A stretch of 63,043 bases of DNA, counting the filler, from Licmophora abbreviata (lineage: Eukaryota): the NCBI GenBank assembly GCA_900291995.1. It is 9 parts of 9 records of this genome, joined end to end, with 100 filler letters (N's around TTAATTAATTAA, not from the genome) between each part and the next. Parts side by side here need not be neighbours in the genome. Positions count along the whole stretch, not along the records: positions 51,871 to 57,702 come from OLMU01001395.1; positions 57,803 to 59,743 come from OLMU01001396.1; positions 59,844 to 63,043 come from OLMU01001401.1; 6 more parts are not named here. The stretch is one strand, 5' to 3'. The notes beneath the pieces were generated by a model, which saw only the letters and a list, made by a program, of their open reading frames with translations, ran no database searches and was not told the DNA's origin. Shown here one piece after another: positions 53,391 to 63,043 of this stretch. Positions within the stretch are counted from its first letter, which is position 1. Every line of letters starts with the position of its first letter. The translations under genes and the position numbers were made by a program.

Positions 53391-56300
53391 CTACAGGGTC
53401 TGTTGTCGCTTGCCGAGTTTGTGAAGTTTCTTTTCTGCCCACTTGATCCACTGAAGCGTATTGACAATACTTGGATGGTCGTCTGTCATGCCAGTCTCGC
53501 GGTAGGTTCGAAGCGCTTCCTTGTATCGCTCGAGAGCCGATTTGAACTCTTCCGTGTTGGCATAGACAATAGCCATGTTGTACAACGTGTCGGCTACCTT
53601 GATATCGTGATCGCCGTGGGCTTGTCGTCGACGAATCTGTAGAGCTTGCTCGTACCGCACAATCGCATCTGGATATTGGTTGAGATTCTTATGCACGAGG
53701 CCCATATTGTGCAACGTATCGCTGACCTTTTCGTGGTCCGGACCGAGTTTCGATTCTCGAACGTTCAATGCTGACGCGAAGCAGTGCATGGCCTGCTCGT
53801 GATCGTTTCGCTTCATGTACACGACACCCATATTGTTCAGCGTCGCTGCAACATCGACATCGTCGTCGCCCAGCTCTGCCAGCCGAGTCTGATAGGCATC
53901 TTCGTAACACTCCATCGCCTGGTCGAGCTCTCCAATCATGTAGTACACATCGCCCTTGTTGTGCAGGGTCGAAGCGACCTCGATGTGGTTGGCACCGAGC
54001 TCACGACAACGGATCTGCGATTGTGCACGAGGCAGAACGGTGAGAAAATACTGGGTTGGAGCAGAGCATGGAGTGTTTTGGGCAGTGGGGCTCACCTCGA
54101 CGGCTTCTGTGTAGCATTCGATAGCCTTCTCAAAGTCAGCCGTCTTCTGGAACAGCATGCCCATTGCGTGTAGTGTGTCTGCTACTTTTCCGGTCGGACT
54201 GAACTGCTCCCGTCCGAGTCTGAGTGCGACCTCGAAGGACTCAAGAGCTCTGTTACTGTCACCACTCGCAAAGTAAACGAGCCCAAGATTATGCAGTGTT
54301 CGGGCTACGTCTTCATTGTTGTCACCCATGACCTGACGCCTGAGACGAAGACTTTCTTCGTAGTGTCGAGCCGCTTCGGCAAGATCTTCCATTTCTTCGA
54401 ATACAATTCCCAAGTGATAGAGAACCCGCGAAACTTCCTTGTGATCTTCTCCGACCAGCTCCTGATGTATTCTCAACGTCTCTTGGTATGCGGCGACGGC
54501 TATGGGAAGCAAAAGAACGAGTCAGCGGTGCGAACGAAAGTAGGTCGTTTAGGCGATCATCAAACATGAACTCACAAGCTTCATTATCACCCCGTTTGTA
54601 GTGAGCTAAGCCGAGATTGAAGTACACATCGGCAACGTCTTCGCGAACAACGCCACTTCCACTCGTCTTAATGGCAAGGGCTTCCTTATGACATGAAACA
54701 GCCTATGAAGGGAAACAGGCACACTAGTCAGTGAATGCGCTCACTCTTAAACAACCTGCGGACTGCATTCCCCCAGATCGAACTCGCTTACCTTATCGTA
54801 GTTACCCATCATTCTGTATATTGTACCAAGACTGTTCAGAGTCTCGGCGACCTGTGGATGGGCTTCGCCCATGTGAGCCTTCTGTATCACCAGCGACTGC
54901 GAGTAGTTATCGACGGCCTGGCGCAAGAAAGTGGCGAAACAGGAAGTGCGCGTAAGTTCAATCGAGTGTGTATAGACAGGTCACAAGAACTCGTTCAACC
55001 ATCGTGCATACCTTGTCAAGTTCCTGTCTCAGTCCATGAATGACAGCGATGCTGTTCAACGAGAGGATGATCTTCTTGTGATCTACCTCGTCCTGGGCCC
55101 GTTCGATTCGGGCCGCCTCAGCGTAGCAGTGAACGGATAGATCATACTCGTGTTCATACATATGTAGGTGTCCCTTATGCCGAAAGGTTCGCGCGACACT
55201 CACATGGTTGCATCCCAGAGACGCGATCTTGTAGGCGACAGCACTTGCAAATGAGGCCATCGCATGCTTCGGGTCAGCCTTTTCAACCAGTAGCGACGCA
55301 ACTTGATGATACGCTCGTCCAATGTCACCGTCATCATGTTCACCTTCAATCCGGCGGATCCTGCGGTTGTCACTAGGCGGCATGTCAAATCTTTCGTCCA
55401 ATGTTCCAACAATGACTTGGATAGCAGCAAATTCGATGTCTTCAGGGTCGATACAATCGCCATCGCCACCTAGATCGTGCAGACCCTTCACTGCAAGATC
55501 GCATCGGCGCTTCAGTTCTTTCAAATTGGAAATTTGCATTTGAACTGCTTCGGAAGGACCTACAGTACAGACGCGAGCCAAGAAGAACGATTTCGACATG
55601 AGATGACGAGCAGCTTCGACGACTTGACCGGATCTCATTAAATGAGTCGGATAAGATCGCAAAGCATAGGTGGTCACATCACGGAACGGATTGGCACTGC
55701 GCAGCTTCTTCCATCGCTCCGCTCTTATGGCCTCCATGTCTGGAAGTGGCTCCCGCCCCTCGTCGTCGCAAACGACGACTTCAAGGTTCACACCTTCCAA
55801 TTCACGATCGGACCCCTCAGCGGCATCCACAGCATTCTGAGCTTTCACGGAGTCGGAGTAGCTGTTCTGACCGCGTCCACAAACCATCGCCTCAGGGTCA
55901 GTCAGGATAGCATCCAGAAGCAGCTGTCGTAAACACGCCTGAGCCATGATCTCGTCCCATCGTTTCATTGTCCCTAGTTCGCGTGATGCGTCGTCATGCG
56001 AATCAATTTCGTCATCGTCATCGTCATCGGAAGCCGCCATCGCAAATCCACCCTCGTTCGTAGGAGTGGCAGCCAAGTGTATGCCGTACATGTGCTCCAT
56101 GTCCTTGTATATCTGAATGTATTGCGTCCGCTGCGGCTTGCGCGTCTTCTGTGGATGTCTCCAAGCGGAGAAATCCAAAGCGAAATCATCGTCATTCTCA
56201 CTGTGATCGCTATCGTCCCCATCGTACTCATCGTCTTCGCTTTCAGTGATATCAATGGATTCATTGTCGTCGTCATTGTCATCGTCAACACGACGACCAG

Positions 56301-57492
56301 CAATCTCCACGAAGCCTGTCTCGACGAGGTAGTCCCGAACGCAGTACAACAGCAGCTCCTTGCCCTGCGGTCGCCTCTGTCGCTCTTGAGCCTGCAACTC
56401 GCTCATGGACATATTTCCCTGGCTGGCTGAGCTTAGTGTACTACTGTTGCTGAGGCGAAACGAAGCACCGCCCGGACTGCTGCCGTTGTTGCGAAAGGAG
56501 AACCAGCCCGATTTGTTCAGCGATCGCACAGGAGGCTGCGTTTCAGGAACCATGAATATGTGTCGCCGACGCGCGCCCCCAGTCGAGATGGACGCCGAAA
56601 ATTCGGATGGCGATGATGACATCCCCAAGGCCCGTGAAGAAGAGAATTTGGAGAGAAATGACGACATGCTACCAAACGGCGACGTCGGCGCCCGAGCGCT
56701 ATCGTTGACGTGTTGTACAAAGGCCTCGACCTCTTCCATTGTGACGGCAGGGTCGCATTGCGTGGCGGTGCTTGCACTTGGAATCGTATCCTCGTCTTCG
56801 TCTTCCTCCATTTTCTTCATACGTGACAGCCGTGTCATGGCATGGTAGTACTCCTCTCCGTCCTCCTTGTGACACTCAATGCCTCCGAGCAGTTCAGACC
56901 AGAGCATTCGTGCTGCCATGGCAGGTATCGATGGAATACGCGAATATACGAACGGGTGCTTGTCATCATTGGAATTCAGCTTGGTTTCTCGAAAGACAAC
57001 GCACAAACCGCTAAAACAGAGCTTCAGAATGTGTTGCACTGCGGGCTTGTTGGGAGGACAGGCGTCGAGGAACGTGGCGTCCAGCTCCCGCCAGAGCGAT
57101 TCCTGCTCGGATGGGTCTTGGAGGCGAGGCAAGTCCAGTAGACTGCTAGCAAGACTTCGAACCGAATCGTCGTTTTGATTTTGATGGCGACTCGCCGTCG
57201 AGCTCAGTGCACCCGAATGGTCATGAGAGGTCGGTGGGAGTGGCGGTCGAACGGACTGCTCTTTCCCCCAAAACGATCTCCTGCTCGGCCGATCATTCTG
57301 ACAGTCGACAGTGTTCTTCACTGCCACATCGATAGAGTCAGGATTGACGGAATGTGACATCGGGAAACCTTCCTGAACGGCGGGGGATGGAGTGGCATCG
57401 CTTGTCCCTGATGTCCCATTGCTCGCACTAGCATCACGACGTCTGTCTCCTTCAGCGAATCCATTCTTCTGAAAATTGTCGAATTGTAACAT
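53391..57492 (-). CDS. Large protein with C-terminal kinesin-light-chain/nephrocystin-3-type TPR array; several introns
   Basis: Repeats of G.DH..VA.TLHN[LM]G.V..A...Y..AL. GT-AG introns include one starting at 55011 and 54095-54015. Confidence 0.85.
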
Positions 57493-58058
57493 TTCAAGGC
57501 TTAACGATCGTCCCAAGTCCTCGACAACTACAATCTAGACCTCCGAATGGGTTTTTGAACAGGAAACTGAAGCAGCGACGGAGATTCGATATTGAATATG
57601 GTCATGGGCATCAGAAAGACACTTCATGCAACGTGCGGTGGTGTGTTTGAAACGAGGGTACGAGATTTTCTCTTGGGAGTGTCAGAATGACCGAAGCGAT
57701 GANNNNNNNNNNNNNNNNNNNNNNNNNNNNNNNNNNNNNNNNNNNNTTAATTAATTAANNNNNNNNNNNNNNNNNNNNNNNNNNNNNNNNNNNNNNNNNN
57801 NNGGATTTATGAGAGAGGTGACATCATCACAGATCATCACTGTACCATAGCGTCCTTCCGTCATAAGTGATGATCACCCCGTTTTTGGCGGGAAAATTAG
57901 ACACCTCAAAAAATCAGCATATCGCACAGTCTCAATTTAATGTGGATTGAACACATTGAACACATCCTGCATTGCATGCGTTGGAATGTGGAGCGAGCGA
58001 ACGTTCAACAACGTGGTGTAGGCACCCTGAACTTGAAAACTCTTGTGCGCAAAGAACT

Positions 58059-59375
58059 ATGGTGAAATTTGGCAGAAGAGTCAAGAAAAAGCGAAAGCTG
58101 GACGGACGATGTCTGGTTGCGATCCCCATTGCGTTTATAGTCGGTCTTCTCCTACTCGCCGCGCATCTCCCCGGAACCCAACCAGGCCTTCCATATGGCG
58201 ATGTCTCATCACACCTCCGTAGAATACCCTCGAATCCTCCTGGAACGTGTGTCCAATTTTCATCCAAACTTCCAGACGAATGGCGGGCTTCCGCCAGTGT
58301 GCAGAAGAGTTTTTCTCTGCAAGATTCACCGTGGACGGAAGAGGAACAGAAACTGGCCGACGAGGCTTCCGAAAAGGGACTTCAAGAACTGGTAAACTTT
58401 TACGATGACGCTAGTGATGAAACCATTATCGATCTCGAAACTGACGCCGTCAATTCCATGATTGATTGTGTGTACTCGTCGGGCAACTTGTCAGAAAAAC
58501 ATCGAAGCCTTGCGATACAAACCACTATTCGGGTACTCAAGATAAATGCCAGGGAGTACGTGACACCAGAAGAAGAAAATTGGCATGGAACATGTAAGTA
58601 TGTCTATCAAAAGATGAAACTCGCTGGCTATGCACAATATCTTTTGGTGAGTACGCCCGAGGACACGGAACTCGAGCAGATTCGAAATATGTTGAGAGAC
58701 CGACTCAACGCATCTTTCAAGGACTGTGGTAGTATTTCGAGTCTCCTTGGATACGACGTGGATAAGGCACTCACCGTTCCAGATCAGGATTATGATACTG
58801 TTCTGTGGGACTGGATGAGTCAATCGATCGCTCTGGTAGATTGCATGACCATTCCAGGACTACAACTTCCGGATGGCACCGAAAAGTTCATCGCTCGTGT
58901 ATGGGAATATTTTTCGCACTATCGATTCAAGAACGCTCGAGACTATCCCGATGGATATGAGCAAACAATGGCCTATCTGGCTACTCACGTCGCGTACATT
59001 CCCACAGGATATGGCCGTCACATACAGTTGATCGACGACGCCCCCTGGCTCTATCGATACGTGCGCGAGAACTTTTATGCCGCCATGGAAACCGAATCAT
59101 CTGATCTTATTTCCGAGTTTGTCGATCTTGTTCGACAGTATGGTTGCGATGAAGACAATGATGTCCAGGTCCGAGATGGTACTCGATATCTGCTGCGACG
59201 ATTCGCCAAGAGAGGTTACAAATGGATGAAGGACGATGACGAGGCAGGGGCTTACGATCTAATCCATGGGCCTTGGACGGGTGTGTCGGGTGTGGAGCGA
59301 CGAGAGCCCGAGCCCGTGATTCCTGGGTCATACGGTCATGCCTTCTATGCGATCCTGCAGAGGTTCAAGCGCTAA
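58059..59375 (+). CDS. Type II membrane-anchored helical protein of unknown function
   Basis: Basic N-terminus plus TM (CLVAIPIAFIVGLLLLAA). C-terminal AYLATHVAYIPTGYG..DLISEFVD..YLL..YDLIHGPWTG. Confidence 0.72.
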   Translation: MVKFGRRVKKKRKLDGRCLVAIPIAFIVGLLLLAAHLPGTQPGLPYGDVSSHLRRIPSNPPGTCVQFSSKLPDEWRASASVQKSFSLQDSPWTEEEQKLADEASEKGLQELVNFYDDASDETIIDLETDAVNSMIDCVYSSGNLSEKHRSLAIQTTIRVLKINAREYVTPEEENWHGTCKYVYQKMKLAGYAQYLLVSTPEDTELEQIRNMLRDRLNASFKDCGSISSLLGYDVDKALTVPDQDYDTVLWDWMSQSIALVDCMTIPGLQLPDGTEKFIARVWEYFSHYRFKNARDYPDGYEQTMAYLATHVAYIPTGYGRHIQLIDDAPWLYRYVRENFYAAMETESSDLISEFVDLVRQYGCDEDNDVQVRDGTRYLLRRFAKRGYKWMKDDDEAGAYDLIHGPWTGVSGVERREPEPVIPGSYGHAFYAILQRFKR

Positions 59376-59582
59376 GCTTTCATGATCTCCTCGTGCGATC
59401 CTCGAGATGCAGCCACCACATATCCGCCGATGAACTAGCACGCCAAATGAACTCTTGCTCTGGTTTTGGTGTTGGTCCCATGTGCGACAGCAGTACATAA
59501 AACGCCACCATGCAAAGTTCTAATGCCACTATTGTTGTTACCCATACACATATACAAAGCCATTACTCTAGAATCCATGCCT

Positions 59583-59743
59583 CTACTCATTCTTCTTCAG
59601 TTGCTCGCTCTTCATTGACGCGTTAACGCTCTTTGATTTCGGATAGAAGTTCCACGAGATGCACGACAAGTGCTTCTCCCATAGGAATGCAATAGAAACA
59701 CAAGTCATGCCAACACAGAGGATAGTGTTCCAGAACAGCATTG
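59583..59743 (-). CDS. C-terminal fragment paralogous to 46135-46283
   Basis: MLFWNTILCVGMTCVSIAFLWEKHLSCISWNFYPKSKSVNASMKSEQLKKNE*. Confidence 0.6.
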
Positions 59744-59843
59744 NNNNNNNNNNNNNNNNNNNNNNNNNNNNNNNNNNNNNNNNNNNNTTAATTAATTAAN
59801 NNNNNNNNNNNNNNNNNNNNNNNNNNNNNNNNNNNNNNNNNNN

Positions 59844-60047
59844 CCGCAGTATAACCCAAGTATGCAATCACCACCTCCACAGGCAGGATATCCGGTGCAG
59901 CAGAGACAGATGCCTCCCGGGTATCAGCAGCGGCCACCGAATCCTGGACAGCAGCCGCCACAAGCGCACAACCCGTTTGCCGCACAGCCGCAGCAGCCGC
60001 CTCAGCAGCAGCGCAACATGTCACAGTTCGACCCAATGGCCCGATAA
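59844..60047 (+). CDS. Gln/Pro-rich C-terminal fragment with NPF motif (rest in gap)
   Basis: ..QSPPPQAGYPVQQRQMPPGYQQ..HNPFAAQPQQ..SQFDPMAR*. Confidence 0.55.
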   Translation, partial: PQYNPSMQSPPPQAGYPVQQRQMPPGYQQRPPNPGQQPPQAHNPFAAQPQQPPQQQRNMSQFDPMAR

Positions 60048-60112
60048 GTGCGGCGTGCATAACATCGACTAATACTAGATCTATTTCGCTTCCTGTGTTG
60101 CCATGCATATAC

Positions 60113-61960
60113 TTAGAACGGACTTCCTCCGAATACGCATTTCAGTCCTCGAAACGGTCCAGTCTTGCCCGAGCCTTGTCCACCCAAGCAATCACCCCAC
60201 CAGTCATGACCACTATCACTGCCAGCTCCCTTGACAAATGTCACAGATGAGTCCCGACACATTGTCGACCTCATATCAACGCCCTCCAAGAAGAACGCAT
60301 CGACCTTGCCCGTGACGGGCACGAGGTTCGGCTCCAAGTCGGTCGGCCGATAGTCTCGTTGCGGTGAGCTGTAGTTGACCCCCACCGCAATTTGAGATGG
60401 CAATCGTCCTCGCTCAAAGTTCCACTGTCTGGGATATTGTACCAACAAGATATGAGAATTGATAAAGCTGATATTGACAAGCGGATTCCCTCCACGAATC
60501 GACGACCACAACACTCCATTGGCGACATCGTATGCCTTGAAGTCTTGAAAAGTAATGTTTGAGACATTGCCGACAGCTCCATTTCGATGTCGCGGCAGTG
60601 TACTAATATAAATCGGTTCTGCATTACCCCACCAGCCTTCAGTCTGAAACATGGTACCACCCACGATGACATGCCGAAAGTGAATGTTGTAAACATTGCC
60701 GCCATCGCGATGCTGAATGCCCAATGCACGATTCGATCCGGACATAATATAGAGTTGATCGACAAGTACATTGTATATATCTTCCACCGTCGCGCTTCCA
60801 ATCTTGAAGGCTGACGATCGCGACTCAACTATATTGTTTTGAATAAGAATGTTGGCGGTCGGCCCATAGCGTGCCGTCGATTTGACACAAATAGCATCGT
60901 CGGCAGTAACGATGGTATTGTTGCGCACCGACACGTTGATGCTCGAGTCGATATCAATACCATCATTGTTAGGCCAGCGGTGGTCTCCATGAATCTGGAC
61001 GTTTTGAATCAAGACTTCGCTGCAGCCTCGAACGTGCAGCGTCCAGTCGGGCGAGTTTTGGAGCGTCACGTCTTGAACGACAACCTCATGACAGTGTTCC
61101 ATCATGACCATTCGTGGCCGACACTCACCCAGACACGTTTCATTCCGAAAAGTAACAGGGACCAGTTTGTCCCAGTCAGTACGATATCCATCGACATAGT
61201 TGGGTACGGCCCCTCCGTCCACAATACCATGTCCAAATATCCCGACACGATCTTGCTCCTTGCACCGAATGAGGACCGGAACCTCCTGTAGAGAAGAAGT
61301 CGGCCGTGACTCGGATGCAGCCGATTCCCACGAGTCTGGATACGGATAATCTTGCTCGTTGCTGCTCCCAATCACTACAGCACTGTCCTGAATGTACAAG
61401 TATGTGTCGGACAACAGATCGATGCTCCCAATTACATATCGTCCGCTCTCGACTACGACAATGCCGCCTCCAATATCGCTCGCCGCGTGAATGGCTCGCT
61501 GAAAGGCACCCGTGTTGGTTTCTACGGATGCATCACTGGCCGCGCCATACGTTGTGACACTAATTTTGGGGAGATCTTCGTATTTGGGTCGTAAGGATTC
61601 TGGATGTGTCGCACCAGTCACCAAACCTTCTGCATTGAAGGGTTGAGCTCGCTTGCCATGACGGCTGGTACTACTGTTGCCGCCCGAGTACATGCCGACG
61701 ACTGCAATGTAGCCAGAGACAATCAGTAGGACTAGGATGAGACCAATGCAAGCAGGCCAAGAGCTACCTCCATCCGAAAAAGTGATTTTGGAAGAACGGC
61801 CGTCCAATGATGTAGAGTTCCTGCTCACTACATTTCCGTCAGATTTTGGAAGCAAAGCAGCTTCGTCCGTTCCGTCCACGCGACTCGATTCCTCTGGCGC
61901 AGCGGCAGAATCAGGACCGGGCAACTCTACTTGGTCCGCATCAGGAGGGTCAGTATGCAT
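60113..61960 (-). CDS. Glycoside hydrolase family 28 (polygalacturonase-like beta-helix), type II membrane anchor
   Basis: NTGAFQRAI..GGGIVVV..G.Y, RPRMV, QNSPDWTLH, PNNDGIDIDSS, ADDAICVKS, AFKIGS; TM CIGLILVLLIVSGYIAVVGM. Confidence 0.88.
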   Translation of the reverse strand: MHTDPPDADQVELPGPDSAAAPEESSRVDGTDEAALLPKSDGNVVSRNSTSLDGRSSKITFSDGGSSWPACIGLILVLLIVSGYIAVVGMYSGGNSSTSRHGKRAQPFNAEGLVTGATHPESLRPKYEDLPKISVTTYGAASDASVETNTGAFQRAIHAASDIGGGIVVVESGRYVIGSIDLLSDTYLYIQDSAVVIGSSNEQDYPYPDSWESAASESRPTSSLQEVPVLIRCKEQDRVGIFGHGIVDGGAVPNYVDGYRTDWDKLVPVTFRNETCLGECRPRMVMMEHCHEVVVQDVTLQNSPDWTLHVRGCSEVLIQNVQIHGDHRWPNNDGIDIDSSINVSVRNNTIVTADDAICVKSTARYGPTANILIQNNIVESRSSAFKIGSATVEDIYNVLVDQLYIMSGSNRALGIQHRDGGNVYNIHFRHVIVGGTMFQTEGWWGNAEPIYISTLPRHRNGAVGNVSNITFQDFKAYDVANGVLWSSIRGGNPLVNISFINSHILLVQYPRQWNFERGRLPSQIAVGVNYSSPQRDYRPTDLEPNLVPVTGKVDAFFLEGVDMRSTMCRDSSVTFVKGAGSDSGHDWWGDCLGGQGSGKTGPFRGLKCVFGGSPF

Positions 61961-62301
61961 TGTGGGAGTACGGTAGCAAAGGGAAATGCACTCACTGCGA
62001 AGTCTCAATACATCATCTACTTGATGTTTGTTACTTCTTTCTCGAAAGATTGCAAAGATCTCACACTTTTTTGCGCGTCGAGCGCCGATATCACTGCAGA
62101 CTGACGGACTCTAGCTCTCGACTCATTCGACTTGTGTCTGCGCGCCTGCCGACCCAAGATCGAATCCGCGATGCCGATCAATCCTGCGTCAAAACAACGC
62201 CAAGATCAATCCAAGACCAAAAAATTTTTTATGTTGAAGAGATCCTTTCGAACTATGCATCGTACCACAAAACGACCACAAAGAAGAATATCTGAATCAT
62301 C

Positions 62302-63043
62302 ATGTTTGACGTTAGTCCACTGCGTCTTGCTCTTGTCTCCGTCCTAGTATTCGGTGTCGTGATTGCCCCTTGCTGCTGCCTGGCCGAAGAAAAGAGTGAG
62401 ACCGAGCTGGCATTCGAAGGTTTGATCTACAAACTCGGCTTGGACGACTCTTTCTTTCAAAGCACGATTGAAGCTGACAGTGTTCTCCTTCTCAATCAAG
62501 GCTCGAAGTCCGGAAACGACGACCGTAACCTCCAGCAGCAATGCGAATCACAATTTGGAAGCTGTTTCGGAAACAACAACTGTGAAGCTGAGCTCTGCTG
62601 CACGAGTTCACGTTGTACGTGTAGCGTCAAGGTCAACGGCAGAACTTGTCGTAGCTGTGGTATCTGCAGTAGTGGAGACGCGTCAATTGACTGTAGCAAC
62701 GAGATTCAGGATTGCGATACTGTCGTGGGATCAACTTGCAGTGGAACACCGATCTACACCCCCTCCTGTTCTCAGTGCACGGACAGTCCGTCTGGCTGGG
62801 TCGACTCGAGCGGCGATGACTGCTCATGGTACGAAGGAAGAACCAGCTCCTGCTCGGACTACGAGAACGATGGCCTCACGGCCAGCGACGTTTGCTGTGT
62901 CTGCGGTGGCGGACGGGTGTCTTCCAATCCAGCTTCAGCTTCTGTTCCAATCGCAGTTGTGGTCGGCGCGTCTGTAGCTGGATTGGCCGTCATCGGCGGC
63001 ATCATCATCGCATGGGTCCTTTGCAAAAAGAGGAAGAAGAATG
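62302..63043 (+). CDS. Cys-rich type I membrane protein with RXL motif (runs off window; not in ORF track)
   Basis: Signal MFDVSPLRLALVSVLVFGVVIAPCCC, DDRNLQ, a Cys-rich module, CTDSPSGWVDSSGDDCSWY..GLTASDVCCVCGGG, TM VPIAVVVGASVAGLAVIGGIIIAWVLC, then stop-transfer KKRKKN. Confidence 0.8.
   Translation, partial: MFDVSPLRLALVSVLVFGVVIAPCCCLAEEKSETELAFEGLIYKLGLDDSFFQSTIEADSVLLLNQGSKSGNDDRNLQQQCESQFGSCFGNNNCEAELCCTSSRCTCSVKVNGRTCRSCGICSSGDASIDCSNEIQDCDTVVGSTCSGTPIYTPSCSQCTDSPSGWVDSSGDDCSWYEGRTSSCSDYENDGLTASDVCCVCGGGRVSSNPASASVPIAVVVGASVAGLAVIGGIIIAWVLCKKRKKN

Noticed and set aside
54015..54095. Apparent insertions in the TPR protein and in the ArfGAP (38812-38910)
   Set aside because: These are in-frame, stop-free GT-AG introns (81 and 99 nt) read through by the ORF finder.
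1..63043. tRNA, rRNA, CRISPR arrays or intact transposase/reverse-transcriptase genes
   Set aside because: None recognised by eye; small RNAs could be missed or lie within the gaps.

Overview
This is eukaryotic, gene-dense nuclear DNA, almost certainly from a diatom. It has short GT-AG introns, ASAFAP-type bipartite plastid presequences, a nuclear SDH3 and an RXL-motif cell-surface protein. It is a scaffold with eight gaps, each filled by an artificial 100-nt spacer (N44-TTAATTAATTAA-N44). One gene (51286-52129) continues across a spacer, so the pieces look colinear. Housekeeping genes include two SLC25 carriers, lycopene beta-cyclase, a FEX fluoride channel, SDH3, a USP deubiquitinase, an S28 peptidase, MCMBP, a centrin-like protein, a Pex14N-PUB protein, an ACAP-type ArfGAP, a JmjC demethylase, a SlyD-FKBP/MsrA fusion, a TPR protein and a GH28. 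The most unusual part is a dynamic island at about 21.6-28.5 kb. It holds a tandem family of bacterial-type fatty-acid-kinase genes (two DegV/FakB 3' halves, matching 5' ends, and a decayed DAK2/FakA copy), mixed with a LeuRS fragment and a decayed Crinkler-like NTPase/REase gene. Two coding sequences missing from the ORF track were found by manual translation: a 50-aa, 12-Cys hydrophobic microprotein (31781-31933, minus strand) and a Cys-rich type I membrane protein (62302 to the window end). All family calls come from motif recognition by eye; no database search was run.
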